Assembly (NCBI GenBank): GCA_013265495.1 | Contig: MU057887.1 | Span: 755,985-819,984 of the forward strand | DNA: 64,000 nucleotides | From: Vicugna vicugna | Taxonomy: Eukaryota | Direction of reading: 5' to 3' | Shown here: positions 1 through 12,299 of the stretch, piece by piece | Layout of the letters: each line of letters opens with the position of its first letter | Position numbering within the stretch: the stretch's first letter is position 1 | The notes under the pieces: generated by a model | Database searches by the model: none | Seen by the model: the letters and a program-made list of their open reading frames with translations, nothing else | Told to the model about the DNA's origin: nothing | Translations under genes and position numbers: made by a program

Positions 1-78
1 CGTCATGGTGCCCGCGCCCATCCAGGACCTGGAGGCTCTGCGCGCGCTGACGGCGCTCTTCAAAGAGCAGCGGAATCG
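1..78 (+). CDS. ATXN10: Ataxin-10 exon 1, 3' part (5'-partial; start codon upstream of window)
   Basis: Frame from nt 2 reads VMVPAPIQDLEALRALTALFKEQRN-R, matching the ataxin-10 N-terminus; phase-2 donor CG|GTAACG at 79. Confidence 0.96.
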
Positions 79-430
79 GTAACGGCCCGGGCGGCGCGAG
101 CGTCGGGGGCGGCCCGGCTGCGGGAGCGGTGCGGGGAAGGGGGCGCCCGGCGCGGCCCGGCGGTGCAGAGGCCCGCCCCCTCCTCCCGGATGGCCGCGGG
201 GTGGAGGCCTCCGCGCGCCGCCCGGGGGGGCCCCGGGCGGCCGATGCCAGGCCCACGTCCTCCCGCGCGGGTCCCCGAGGCGCCCTGGGGGTTGACACCT
301 GCTCCCTGCTCGCTAGTACAGTTGTGAAGTCGGGCGCGGGAAGGGGACGGATACATGGGAGCTTTCCGCCACGTTATGCGTGTTTTGTTAGCTGAGCACG
401 CGTTGATGGCGCACCTGTAACGTGCAGGGT
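1..430. promoter_or_regulatory. 3' part of ATXN10 promoter CpG island (exon 1/intron 1)
   Basis: Very high GC and CpG density, GC-box-like motifs (GGGGCGG, CCCGCCCC), fading by ~550. Confidence 0.9.
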
Positions 431-704
431 CCTCTCGGAGGCCCTGGCTGGGAGCCGACTGACAGGCCCCAGAGTCAGATGGTGGGCGAGAGTGTGCTGG
501 TGGGCGAGAGACACGCTACGGATGTGCAAGGTGGGACGTGGCGTGAACACCATTTCCCATCTGTGAGACTAAAATTGGCACTCCATTCTGCCTGACTGTC
601 AGCCCAGGCTTTGCCATTTCCAGTGGTGGCAGCGCCACTTCAATCCTGATTCTGCCGCTGAAGGGCCAGATAGCCATTGTAAAAGGTACCCAGGAGCCTG
701 ACGG

Positions 705-1045
705 ACCTGGACTTGGTTCCTGGCTTTACAAGCTGTGCCTTATTGTGCAGTTTCTCCAAGCCTTAGATTTCTTGCCTGAAAATGGGAGTATAATACATAA
801 TTTTATTGCTGAATTGTACAGAGGAATAAATGAAATAAAGCATCTGAAAATTTAAAGTATGTGACAATCTCAGTCAATGCTTGTTTGATTTTGTCCTAGT
901 CTTCTCTGGGCCTCAGTTTCCACGTCTATTTAATAGGAAAAATGTTGGACAGTACCTTCCTGGTGAGATTATTTGTAAGGATTAAATGAGATAATGTGTA
1001 TTAAATGCTTGATGGATACCTGATACATAGTACTAAATAAATATT
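705..1045 (+). mobile_element. Two MIR SINE fragments
   Basis: MIR core motifs: 'ctgggcctcagtttcc', 'aaggattaaatgagataatgtgta', 'aaaatgggagtataatac'. Confidence 0.7.
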
Positions 1046-1964
1046 AGCTGATACTGTTATTATTTAATACATTTGTGGGTGATCTCCCATGTGCCAGGTT
1101 TTGTGCCAGGCGATGCAGCTGAAAAATGAAAAGTCCTTTCCTGGGAAGCCCTATTCTGGGGAGACAGCAGATGATTATACAGTCATGGGAAATTGCACAA
1201 AGAGCAGAGGGAGCATAGAAGAAAGGGAGTTGGTCCAGATGGTCCATAGAGGGACCTTTTGGTCTGAGCATTTCTGCCTCCTATCACAATAGGAAGCACT
1301 GAGCTGTTGAAAGTGCTAAGAGCCCAGGGCCCTGCTCTTTGGGCTTTTGGGGAGATATGTTAATTGATATGATACCCCTGGGAGGTGTATTGATTGAGTT
1401 AATGCTTTGGCATGTCTTTACCATGGTGGACTCTTCCTTTAGTCAGAGATCAGTCATCAGCCTTTACTGAACATCTGCTCTGAAACAGGTTCTTTGTAGG
1501 GGCTGAAGGTGCGAAGGTAAGTGTGACATCCCTTTTTTTAAGCATGTTAGCGTAATTGCCGTGTAAACGAATTGTAACAGGGGTCCAGTCTAGAAGAGTT
1601 AGTGGCACAAGGGAGCTTGTGGATCTGATGTATAGATTGGTGGGCCAGGAAGGGCCATTGGGTTACTTTGGCTGCATGGCCTACAGGTGAGAGGGCTAAT
1701 TAGAAAGAACAATATATGCAAAGGGACTGTATGCTGACTTTGGGGATTCACTAGTGTCCCTCAGAGGGGTCTCATGGGGTTTGGACCAGAGTCCAGCTGC
1801 TCTGAGAGGATCCATTCAGTGCAGATGGACCTGGAGGGAAGGGAAGATGGGCCAAGGTGCCAGGAGCTGGGTGGGACAGAAAGTGAAGCAAAATGCGGCC
1901 TCAGGGTAGCAAATAGAAAGACACCAGACAAAGCAAAAGTAAGTAAGTGATGGAACAAAAGGAT

Positions 1965-2385
1965 TCTTCTCTGCTTGAGTGTGGGCTGAACTTAGTGACT
2001 TGCTTTTAAATAATAGGCTTGGGGGAAGTGACATTGTGACTTCTGAGATGTAAAAGGCACTGCAGCTCCCTCTTTGCTTTCCTCTTGGATCACTCGCTCC
2101 AACAGAGCCAGCTGCCATGTCATGGGGGCACTCAGGCACCCACGTAGAGAAATCTGCATGCTGAGGGATTGAGGCCTCCTGCCAGTGGTCATGTGATGCA
2201 CCGCCCTGGAAGCGGATCCTCTCAGTCCCCGTCCACTTCAGCTGTGTCCCCCTCGTGAGCGACCCTGAGCCAGAACCACTCCACTCAGATTCCTGACCCT
2301 CTGGCCTGTGTGAGACCACACATGTGATTGTTTTAAAGTACTACGTTTGGGGGTAGTTTGTTATATAGCAATAGATCATTACTAT
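1965..2385 (+). mobile_element. ERVL-MaLR solo LTR (MLT1F-like)
   Basis: 'ttgagtgtgggctgaacttagtgacttgct', 'gccagctgccatgt', and 3' end 'tttgggggtagtttgttatatagcaatagat'. Confidence 0.75.
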
Positions 2386-2944
2386 ATCAATCTAAAATTT
2401 TCTTCCTTTCGATTAAAGTCATATTATAGAATGTAATGGGAAATAGTGTCTTAACTGCTAAAATCCATAAAAATTAATTATGGTCAGAAAATATCAGTAT
2501 TAAGATACTGTGAGCTATTTCTTCTCTGTGGAAGGTAATTCTTTTTCTTAATAGTTTTAAATTTGTCTTATACCTTTTGTTTAATACACATCTGCATTTT
2601 TTCTCAAGTTTTTAAAAATTATTTTAATTCTTAAATTTTAATTTTTTCATAATAATTTTAAATTTGTTTAATATCATTTGTTTAATATACATATCTCCAT
2701 TTATTTAACAAACAATTTTTCTTGCTGTGCTGTGAGTCTTTACAAGTCCTGTTAAATTCATTCTGGAGGAAAGTAAGATATAAATACACTAAAAATTCTG
2801 TTTTCACCCTTTTCCTGGAGGCTTTATTTTCCAGTCCTTTAGCTATCCTTAGGATATTTCTACATCATTTTTGCTAATGATGTACCCAGACCCCCCCTAT
2901 TGAAGTGTAGAGCCAGGTGAGATTGGTTGTCATACTGTGTACCT

Positions 2945-3142
2945 CCAGTGTCCGTGTAACCAGTCACTTCATGTGGCCGTTTAAATTAATCAGCAATAAG
3001 TAAAATTAATAATTACATTTCTTCCTTGGACCAGCCACATTTTAACTACTCTGTAGCCACATGTGGCTAGTGGTTACCTTACTGGACCATGCAGATACAG
3101 AGTATTTCCATCATTACCAAAAGTTCTTTTGACTAATGCTGC
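2945..3142 (+). mobile_element. hAT-Charlie non-autonomous DNA transposon (MER3/MER33-like)
   Basis: 'tagccacatgtggctagtggttacc...gcagatacagagtatttccatcattaccaaaagttct'. Confidence 0.75.
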
Positions 3143-3739
3143 TCTATAATTTATTTTTTTCTGTAGGAAGATTATGTTCTGGTTCTTGAGTATTTGAGAA
3201 AGAATAGTAACATTTGGATGCTACTTTCTGTAAATTCTTTTCACACTTAAACTGATACCTCATTGCTCTTCCGTCAGATAAGCTCCTTGAGTAAAGTGAG
3301 TGCATCACACTCCCTGTATCCCTAGCACCGCAGTCAGTCTGATAATTGAAGATGTTTAACAAATTCTTGTGGAATTGCAGCTATTTGCATAACTTACTAC
3401 TCAGCGGCGCGTGCTTGGTCTTTTTCTTCCATACTCATGTAGATAATAACTTTTTAAAAGAGTCTGTCAGCGTGGCTTCTTTTTTCTCTTTAATCTGTCT
3501 TTAGTCAAAGGTATATTTCTGATTACTTTCTTCCAGGCTCTGTTCCTGTGTAATAGTGCAGATACTTCCCTCCATACTTCTGAACCCCTTTATATCCTAT
3601 AAGCTCTATTGTCCTTTTTTTTTTTTAAGAAAGCACGTTCTAACATACTATGTAATCATTGAGTGGTGTCTTATTTATTCTGTGCCTCCTTCCAGAATGG
3701 AAGGCCCATGAGGACAGAGATGGTTAGCTTTTTTACAAT

Positions 3740-4200
3740 TACCTGTTAGGATAATACTTCTTGAACTGGATGTCTTTGAACAATTTGGGAAATTGTCAGC
3801 CAGTATTTCTTCAAATACGGCTTCTCTCCCATTCTTTCCCTTCTTTCAGGGACTCCAATTACACATATGTTAAACCTTCCACTATGTTTTACATGTTTCA
3901 TAGCCTCCTTTCTGTATTTCCCATTCTGTCTGAGCTTCTGTTTGAAAATTTTCTGCTAATCACCCTTCTAGTTCCCTTCTCTTTTCTCCTTTGTCTAATC
4001 TACTGTCATCTATTGTGTTCTTAGTTTCTGTTATATTTTTGAGTTATTGTAGAATTTATTTATTTTTTTAATGAATTACTCTGTTGAAAGTTCATTTTGT
4101 TATTTACCTTAAGCACATTAATTATTGTCATTTTAGAGAAAGTGCCTGATAAATATGTATTGCCAGTTTTTGTCTTCTTGTGTTCAGTCATTTGGTCCTG
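3740..4200 (-). mobile_element. Old L1 (L1M) 5'-region fragment, antisense
   Basis: 'tttgggaaattgtcagccagtatttcttcaaata...ggactccaattacacatatgtt', typical antisense L1M. Confidence 0.6.
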
Positions 4201-4314
4201 TCTTTTATTGCATGCTGAGTGTTGTGTGAGGAATGTTAAGGCCATTTCCAGATATCTTCCCTTTGCAAAATATTTGCAAACTCTAAACCAAGATCAGTTT
4301 AAAACTTATTTCTT

Positions 4315-5128
4315 AAAATGAGGTATCACCTCACACCGGTCAGAATGGCCATAATTCAAAAGTCCAGAAAGGGTAAATGCTGGAGAGGATGTGGAGAAAA
4401 GGGAACCCTCCTACACTGTTGGTGAGAATGTAGTTTGGTACAGCCATTGTGGAAACAGTATGGAGATTCCTCAAAAGACTAAAAATAGACTTACCATATG
4501 ATCCGGCAAACCCGCTCCTGGGCATATGTCCAGAGGGAACCTTAATTCAAAAAGACACCTGCACCCCAGTGTTCACAGCAGCACTGTTAACAATAGCCAA
4601 GACGTGGAAACAACTTAAATGTCCATCGACAGATGACTGGATAAAGAAAATGTGGTATATTTATACAATGGAATACTACTCAGCCATGAAAATAATAAAA
4701 TAATGCCATTTGCATCAACATTGATGGCCCTGGAGAATGTCATTCTAAGTCTAAGTAAGCCAGAAAGAAAAAGAAAGACACCATATGCTATCACTCATAT
4801 GTGGAATCTGAAAAAAGACAAATGAACTTATTTATAAAACAGAAACAGACTCACAGATACAGAAAACAAACCTGTGGTTACCAGGAGGGAAGAGGGTGGG
4901 AAGGAATAAATTGGGAGTTTGAGATTTGCAGACACTGGTATATATAAAATAGATAAACTACAAGTTTAGACTGTGTAGCGCAGGGAAATAAATATATTTG
5001 ATATCTTATAGTATTGGTGAAAAAGAATATGAAAGTGAACATACGTATATTTATGTATGACTGAAGCATTGTGCTGTACACCAGAAATTGACACAATGTT
5101 GTAAACTGACTACTTCAATTAAAAAAAA
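4315..5128 (+). mobile_element. 5'-truncated lineage-specific L1 (ORF2 C-terminus + 3'UTR + polyA)
   Basis: Translates to ORF2 end ([19 protein letters not shown]...WYIYTMEYYSA); TSD aaaacttatttctt 4301-4314 / aaaacctatttctt 5125-5138 at a TT/AAAA site. Confidence 0.92.
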
Positions 5129-5138
5129 CCTATTTCTT

Positions 5139-7170
5139 TCAACAGATGGTGGTATAACAACTTGGTATCTAATTAGAATAAAATGAACTTTGACCCACAC
5201 CTTGTACCATTCACAAAAAATACTTCAACATGGATTGTAGACCTAGGCATAAAAGCTGAAACTATACAAGGTTTATAATATGGCTGAATATCTTTGTGAT
5301 TTTGAGTATGGGCAAACGTTTCTTATCCAGGACACAGATAACACTAACCAAGCAAGAAAAAAATTGATTATCAGATTAGACTTTATCAAATTAAAAAACT
5401 TTTCATCAGAAGACATCATTAAGAAAATGAAAAGGGCAGGCCATAGACTGAAAGTATTTCAGTACATGTATCTGACCAAGGATTTGCTTAGAACATATAA
5501 AGTGCTCCTGCAACTCAATAGTAAAAAGATAACCGGGTTAAAAAATTGGACAGAAAACTTCTATGCTTACAAAGGAAGATACATAAATGGCCACCAAACA
5601 CACCAAACATGATAAAGTACTCAACATCTTTAATCATTAAGAAAATGCAAATTAAAACAAGATACCACTGTATGCTCTTAGGATGGCTATTACCAAAAAA
5701 ATAAAAATAAAAGGAAATAAGTGTTGGTGAGGATGTGAAGAAATTGGAACCCTTGTATATTGCTGGTGGGGTGTGAAATGGTTCAGTTACTATGGAAAAC
5801 AGTTTGGTGGCACCTAAAAAAGCTGAACATAGAATATGACCTAGCAGTTCCATTCTTAGGTATGTACCCGAGAGATTGAAAGCAGGGACTCAGATACTTG
5901 GGTGCCACTGTTCACTATAGCATTATTCACATTAGCCAGAAGATGGGAACAGCCCTGATGTCCATCAACAGATAATGGGTAAACAAAAGTGGTAAGGACA
6001 TACAGTGGAATATTGTTTAGCCGTAAAAGGAATGAAGTAACTGATACACGCAACACTGGGTGAACCTTGAAAACACGCTAAGTGAGAGAAACCAGATGTA
6101 AAAGGACAAATACCGTATGATTCCATTTATATGAAGTACTTTGAATAGGCAGATTCATAGAAAAGGAAAGATTAGCGGTTACCAGGGATTGGAGGGGGGG
6201 GAGGAGTTGTTCAGTGGTTACAGAGTTTCTGTTTGGGGGATTAAAAAGCTTTTGGAATTAGTAGTGAGTGATGGTTGTACAACATTGTGAATGTAATTAA
6301 AGCCCCTGAATTCTACACTTAAAAATGGTGAATTTTGTTACATACATATTTTACCACTGTTAACACGTTGATTGCCCACTGTGGGTTGGTTACCTCTGAG
6401 GAAACACAGCTGTCACCCACACTTGGGTGATGAGGTGATCAACGTGTTAAAATGTAATATACCAAAATCCATCGAATTATATAGTTTAAATGAGTAGTAT
6501 GCTAATTACATCTCAATAAAGCTGTGATAAACAAGCAAAAGCATAATGACAAACCTCTGGATACTCGTTAGAACGGCTAGGATTAGAACGACTCACAGCA
6601 CCAAATCTTGGCGAAGGTGTGGTGCAACTGCTAGCTCTGGTACTTTGCTGGTGGGAGTGTCAGTGGTGCAGCTGCTTTGGGAAACATTTTGGTAGTTTTT
6701 CTGTAAAGTAAATGTACCCCTGCCTGTGACCCTCAGTATTTACCCTAGGACGTACGTCCACAAAAGACTTATAAAAGAGTTGATAACAGCCAGACACTAG
6801 AAACAGCTCAGATGCTCAGATGTCCACCAGTGGGAGAATGGCTAAAACTGCCTGGTAACTGAAGGGCGTGACCCACCAGTGTACAAGACAGTGTGGACAG
6901 ATATTGAAGCATATTGAATGAAATCAGCCAGACAAAGAGTACATACAGTATGATTCCATGGGGCTCTGCAGCGGGCAGAGCTGGTCAGCGGTGATGCAGA
7001 CATGAGCGGTGGTTGTCAGAGGAGGCTGGGGTTGCCTGGAAAGGAGTATGAGGGAATTTGCTGGAGTAAAGGAAACATGCTCTGTCTAGACGGGGATAAT
7101 GGTTGCCTGAATTTGACACAATCCGTTCAGCATTTATGATCAGCATATTTCACTGTAGGCAAATTATATC
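5139..7170 (+). mobile_element. Older L1M (L1MB/MC-like) ORF2 end and 3'UTR segments, nested
   Basis: Degenerate ORF2 (LDFIKLKNF; 'aaatgcaaattaaaac...gataccac') and 3'UTR motifs 'gtgatggttgtacaacattgtgaatgta', 'tacatctcaataaagctg'. Confidence 0.8.
6364..6446. mobile_element. piggyBac-type MITE (83 bp)
   Basis: TTAA at 6360-63 and 6447-50; TIR CACGTTGATtgCC / GGtgATCAACGTG. Confidence 0.7.
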
Positions 7171-7834
7171 TTAGTTTTCCGTGTGTTAATTATTATCCTT
7201 CTTGCCACCCCCGGAAGACCTTGAGCTAAATCTCAGCCAGCATGATTGGAGGACTTGGTGGAAATGTCACTGGTCTTTTCTGTCACTAATTGAGAGTTAC
7301 CACTGGTGAAGCAATGGTTTAGTTGTAAAAGAATTGGACATCTCGTGTTCTTAGTATACTCAGAGCTAACTGGGTTTTGTTCCACATTTTCACCCGTGCC
7401 AGACAGTGCTCTCTGTGTTTCCAGAGCCTGAGATGAGCTGAGGTGATGGGCGAATGAATGAAATGCTTGAAACCAAATCTAGAAAACAGGAGAAGTAATC
7501 GTGGAAGGATGAGGGAAGGAAATGTGGCACTGGACGCTTCAGCCTGTTGTCCCCTGAGAATTGCAGTGTGAGGGGTCTGGGATCTTGCGTTGCAGGGACA
7601 GTCATATATCTTACGTCTAACTAGCTTGGGACCTGAGCTCTCTCCTGGGGGGTGGGGTTGACCTTTGCTTTTTGTGACCTCTGAATAACACAGGGCCCTG
7701 TGGGGCTTTTATGCAGTGACTGAGTTTTTTTAAAAAAATGGTGAGTTTTGGGAGCTCTTCCCCTCACCCCTGAAAGTGCCAGTGTGAAATATTGATACCT
7801 TTTTTGGACTCAGTGGATTTCAGGGGGAAAAGGC

Positions 7835-7990
7835 TTAGGTCTAGTTTCAAATCCAAGTACTGCAACTTACTAGCTGCCTGAACTGGCAAATATTTTTAAC
7901 TTCTCTGAGCCTCAGTTTTCTCCTTGGTAGAATGGGTGTTATAATAATGTCTACCTTGTAGGGTTGATGTAGGTATTAGGGTGAGCTGTT
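7835..7990 (+). mobile_element. MIR SINE
   Basis: 'ttaacttctctgagcctcagttttctccttggtagaatggg...ctaccttgtagggttgatgt'. Confidence 0.8.
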
Positions 7991-10900
7991 AGTAGAGAGT
8001 CCAGAATGGTGCTCAGCAGACAGCAGGATTACTATTGCAGGCTCTGGTCAGAATCAGGAGAGGAAACGGCCTCGCCTGGAGTGTCGGTGCAGTAAGCTCG
8101 GTCCCCAGAGCTGCAGCCTGTCCTGGGTCTGTAAGTGGCAGTGGTCCTCTCCCTGCCCCCCCGCCAGTCTGGATGTCCTTACTTTCCCCCGGCGTGGAGC
8201 GCGCCTCTGATGCTGGAGGTCCGAGCCCTTGGTTGCCTTCCTCTTGTCGGCCTGTAGTTGCTGCAGTTGCCTGTTTCTGGTTATCCTTAGACACAGAGGT
8301 ACCAAGAGACCTCCCATCAAATCCCCCAGTGCCAGTGATGTAGTAACTCCTCCTTTGCCTGCTGAGTCACTGGCTTGAGCATCTCCAGGTTCTCTTTCTG
8401 TAGATCTAGTTTAAGGTGCACGAGGTCCCTTTCTGTGCTCCCTGATGGAAGTGCCCTTTGCTTGGACCTGGGGCTGAGTCCAGCACAGTCCAGGGTTGTG
8501 GGGTTGGGACTGGGAGTGGGAGGAAAGGGGCCAGTTTTTCTGAGGGTTGGATTTTTCGCTTTGAAGTTTTAGTTTGCTGACTCACCTTGAGAGATTTGTT
8601 ATATTTTCCCCCTTTCTGGGCTCTCCTTTCCCTGTATAAGGATGTTGTGCTTTCTTCCACGTATTTCCCCAGTGACCCTAACCTAAAGTCAGATCTTCTG
8701 TTGATGATTTTTATCAGAGTGCCACTGGGGATATTGGGTTTCTGCCTGGTCACCCAGCCGGCCAGCATCTTGGACCAGATCCTGTGTGTGAAGCTCTCTC
8801 GGCTTCCTCCTGACGTCGGAGGCACACAGCTGTGCGTCGAGCCGATGCCTAGGGCTGCACTGAGCACAGCGCTCTTCCTCTTTCTTCAGATGCGGAGGAG
8901 TCCTGTCCTAGCTCTGAGTGTGACATGGTGGCTGCTTCTGGTCCCCGTCATCCTGCTGGAGCTGAACTGCAGACAGCCTCTAGCCATTCTGAACCGGTCC
9001 ACTCTGGTTTTAGACCTGATTTAGCCAAGTATTTCCAGTCAGTTTTCAGTGTGTGGAGGTACTCACCTTGTTTTAAAATTGGGCTGTATAATTTAAAAAA
9101 ATGAACATGTGGTTACCTTGTTTGGAATGGAGGGGAGAGTCTGAAGTGTGAGCGCCTCCCTTGCCGCACTTTGCACAATGAAACAGGCTTTTATACATCT
9201 TTATCCCCACTTGATTGTGGCTGTGTTGAGGGCAGGGACTGTCTTCTTTATGGTGTCTTCTAGTACAGTGCTTGGTCCATTTTGGGTGCTTAATACATAT
9301 TGAACTGAACAGAACAATGAAGAGCCAATGGCTGTAATGAAAAAAATCACTCTTAGTCCTGCAGAGAGCCAGTCAGTAACAGTTGCTGTAATTACTCAAA
9401 AGCTATTAATTTGGTGTACCCTGTGAGCCATTCATTTCATCACTTCATGTTTGCCGTGTGCCACGCGCTGTGTTTAGTGGTGCAGCTTTAGCTGGTACAG
9501 TATGAGTGACTGTTTTTAGCTCACTTTGGGCCACCGAAGGAGGAATAGCTCACGTGCTGTAATATTAAATTTATAACTTCATTCCTTTGCCCATGCACAC
9601 ACTCCTGGTTTCCTCTTGTTTGAATTACTGTTTCATCTCCTACTGAAAACCTTTCTTGACCCAGATGCTTCTGCCCTGAGGTCCCCTTCGCATGCGGTAC
9701 TTCCCTCTCTCAGAGAACTTCACTTAATCACCTGCCAGTCCCACAAGGATGAGAGCAACCTGAGGGCAGGATTCTTATCTACCTCTAGGTTCTCAGTACC
9801 TGCTTTAAGTCCTAGCACGTCATGTGCACTTGATGATGTTTTTATTATTTCCTTAAATATTTAATTTTCTGGAGTCATTAGATACAAAGTGAGAGCATAG
9901 AAGAAAGACTCTAGTAAGAGAGAAAAAATTGTCAGATATGACAGATGGTTATGATATCAAGAGATAAAAAATGTCTTGGTATTCCTAATTGCTTACATTA
10001 ATTTGTTGACTAACTTTCATAAAGGGAGTAGACTGAGCCTTTCAGAGGTCAACATGGTGCAGAACTCAAAAATAAACCCGCCGTCTGTATGTACACACAC
10101 TCACGCAGGTTTCCCCCAAACATTACTGAGCCTCCGGCCAGCAAGTCTTTGGCTGCGCCAGAAACAAAAACAAAAAATGAAACAAAACAAAAAAACCCCC
10201 AAAACCCACACGAGTCGTCGGCTTAGCTAAGGATGCCATATGCTATCTTGACTCAAGCATGATTCAGATCAGCTTTGTTGAGAGAGAACGTCAATTACGC
10301 TGCACTATAAAAAGGACTGTGCAGAGTGGTGACAGCGCCTTTATTTTTACCTGTGCCATGAGCTGGAATACCGCCTGGAGCTGTCTGGTAAGGTGTTCTG
10401 ACTCAACTTCAAAACACAGATGTGGTCAGTGAGAGCCACCCCTCACCTTCAATTATCTTAAATGGACAAAGTAGACAGGAAAAAGTTTGAGCCAGCAAAT
10501 CAAAATAAATAAGATTAGAATTGTGACCACCGGTGCCCTCAGAGGAGAGTTTCTCAGCTCTTTCATTCTTACAGTCTTTTGTAGTGGTCCCCGGGCCCAA
10601 GGGTGTGGCCACTGGGCTGTGGGCAAGGACACTCATTCAAAGGCAAAGGAACCCTGGGACTAACTCTAGGTTGAGTCAACCTCTCTGATGGCCCCAGGCC
10701 TAGAGAAGTCACATCAGAGTTAAGAGGGCGATTTGTACGCATGTGATGCACTCATTATGGCCACTGAGGGGTTACTGTCATATATATGTGTGTGTATATA
10801 TGTTCCTGAGAAGAATGCTGGGCACGTAATAAGCACAACTTAAGTGTTAGTGGCTATCATCCTCGCTGAGAATATTATAAAACTTTATCAGAAGACATTA

Positions 10901-11135
10901 GAGAAAACACCAATGTTTATACCATTACATGAATGGAAACCTCAGTGACAGAGACGTCACTTCTCCCCAGGCTGACCTGTGGTTTCAGTGCCATTCACAG
11001 TCACGTCTCGACAGGGTGGCTGCTAGACGTTCACAAGCTGATATTTTTACTTTGTATGGGAGACTCCTCAGTTTTCTGCTATTCTCTGACTCCCTTCAGG
11101 CTTTGTATGAATCCTTTTCTGACACGTCATCTTTT

Positions 11136-11674
11136 TTTTCTTTAACTTTTTTTTATTGATTTATAATCATTTTACAATGTTGTGTCAAATTCCAGTGTTC
11201 AGCATAATTTTTCAGTCATACATGGACATATACACACTCATTGTCACATTTTTTCTCTGTGAGCTACCATAACATTTTGTGTATATTTCCCTGTGCTATG
11301 CAGTATAATCTTGTTTATCTATTCTACAATTTTTAAAATCCCAGTCTATCCCTTCCCACCCTCTGCCCCCCTAGCAACCACAAATCTGTATTCTCTATGA
11401 GTCTATTTCTGTCCTGTATTTACGCTTTGTTTGTGTTTGTTTGTTTTTGTTTTTTAGATTCCACATATAAGCGATCTCATATGGTATTTTTCTTTCTCTT
11501 TCTGGCTTCACTTAGAACAGCCTAAATGTCCATCATCAGGTTCCTGGATAAAGAAGATGTGGTATATTTATACAGTGGAATACTACTCAGCCATAAAAAC
11601 TGACAACATAATGCCATTTGCAGCAACATGGATGCTCTTGGAGAATGTCATTCTAAGTGAAATGTCATTCTAAA
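11136..11674 (-). mobile_element. Young L1 with 5' inversion (twin priming)
   Basis: PolyT + antisense 3'UTR to ~11517, then sense ORF2-end segment; TSD tgacac(g/a)tcatctttt 11120-11135 / 11675-11690. Confidence 0.9.
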
Positions 11675-12299
11675 TGACACATCATCTTTTAAAACCCTTC
11701 CTCTGTGCCCTCAGTGAAATTTCCCATGTCCTCGGCCTCTGAACAGTCCATCCATCATCTTGATCTTCGTGAAACATGGCTCACTTCTGAGGACAGACCT
11801 TTCCCAGAAGGTCTTCAGGGTGGGGGGCTGTCTTCTCCTGTGTGCAGTGGGCTGCTGGGCTTGGAGGCGTGTAGGTGTGACGGTGCCTGTCGTTGCTGCT
11901 CTTGCAGCGTTTCCTCCCCGAGCCCTCCAGCGTCTCCTCTCTCACCATCAGAGTATGCGCGGGTATAATCTCTTTCGCTGTTAAATGCTCTGTGGTCACC
12001 GTACCTGCTCCTTAAAGAGCTTAGCTCTAGTTCACTGTTAGCTCCGCATTACTTCTCCTGTCTTAGTCTTGGGTACTTTAGTGTTACATAGATTATCCTG
12101 TCATCACCGCGGCCTTTTGTTTCTGTGCTCCGGGCCTTGTGAACTCCAGCTGCGCTCCCTCCACAGCCCAGCCCTCCAGCCCCCCTCTGGCTGCCTGTCT
12201 TCTTGTGTCTCTGGGTCCCCTACTCCAGCGAGTCTTCAACCCCACCAGGACCTGCAGGTGCTGCTCCTGCTCCTTCCTGCCTCTTCACTGCCCGGCTTG

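Noticed and set aside
60..395. ORFs in the CpG island
   Set aside because: Stop-poor GC-rich sequence; the true coding frame ends at the donor at 79.
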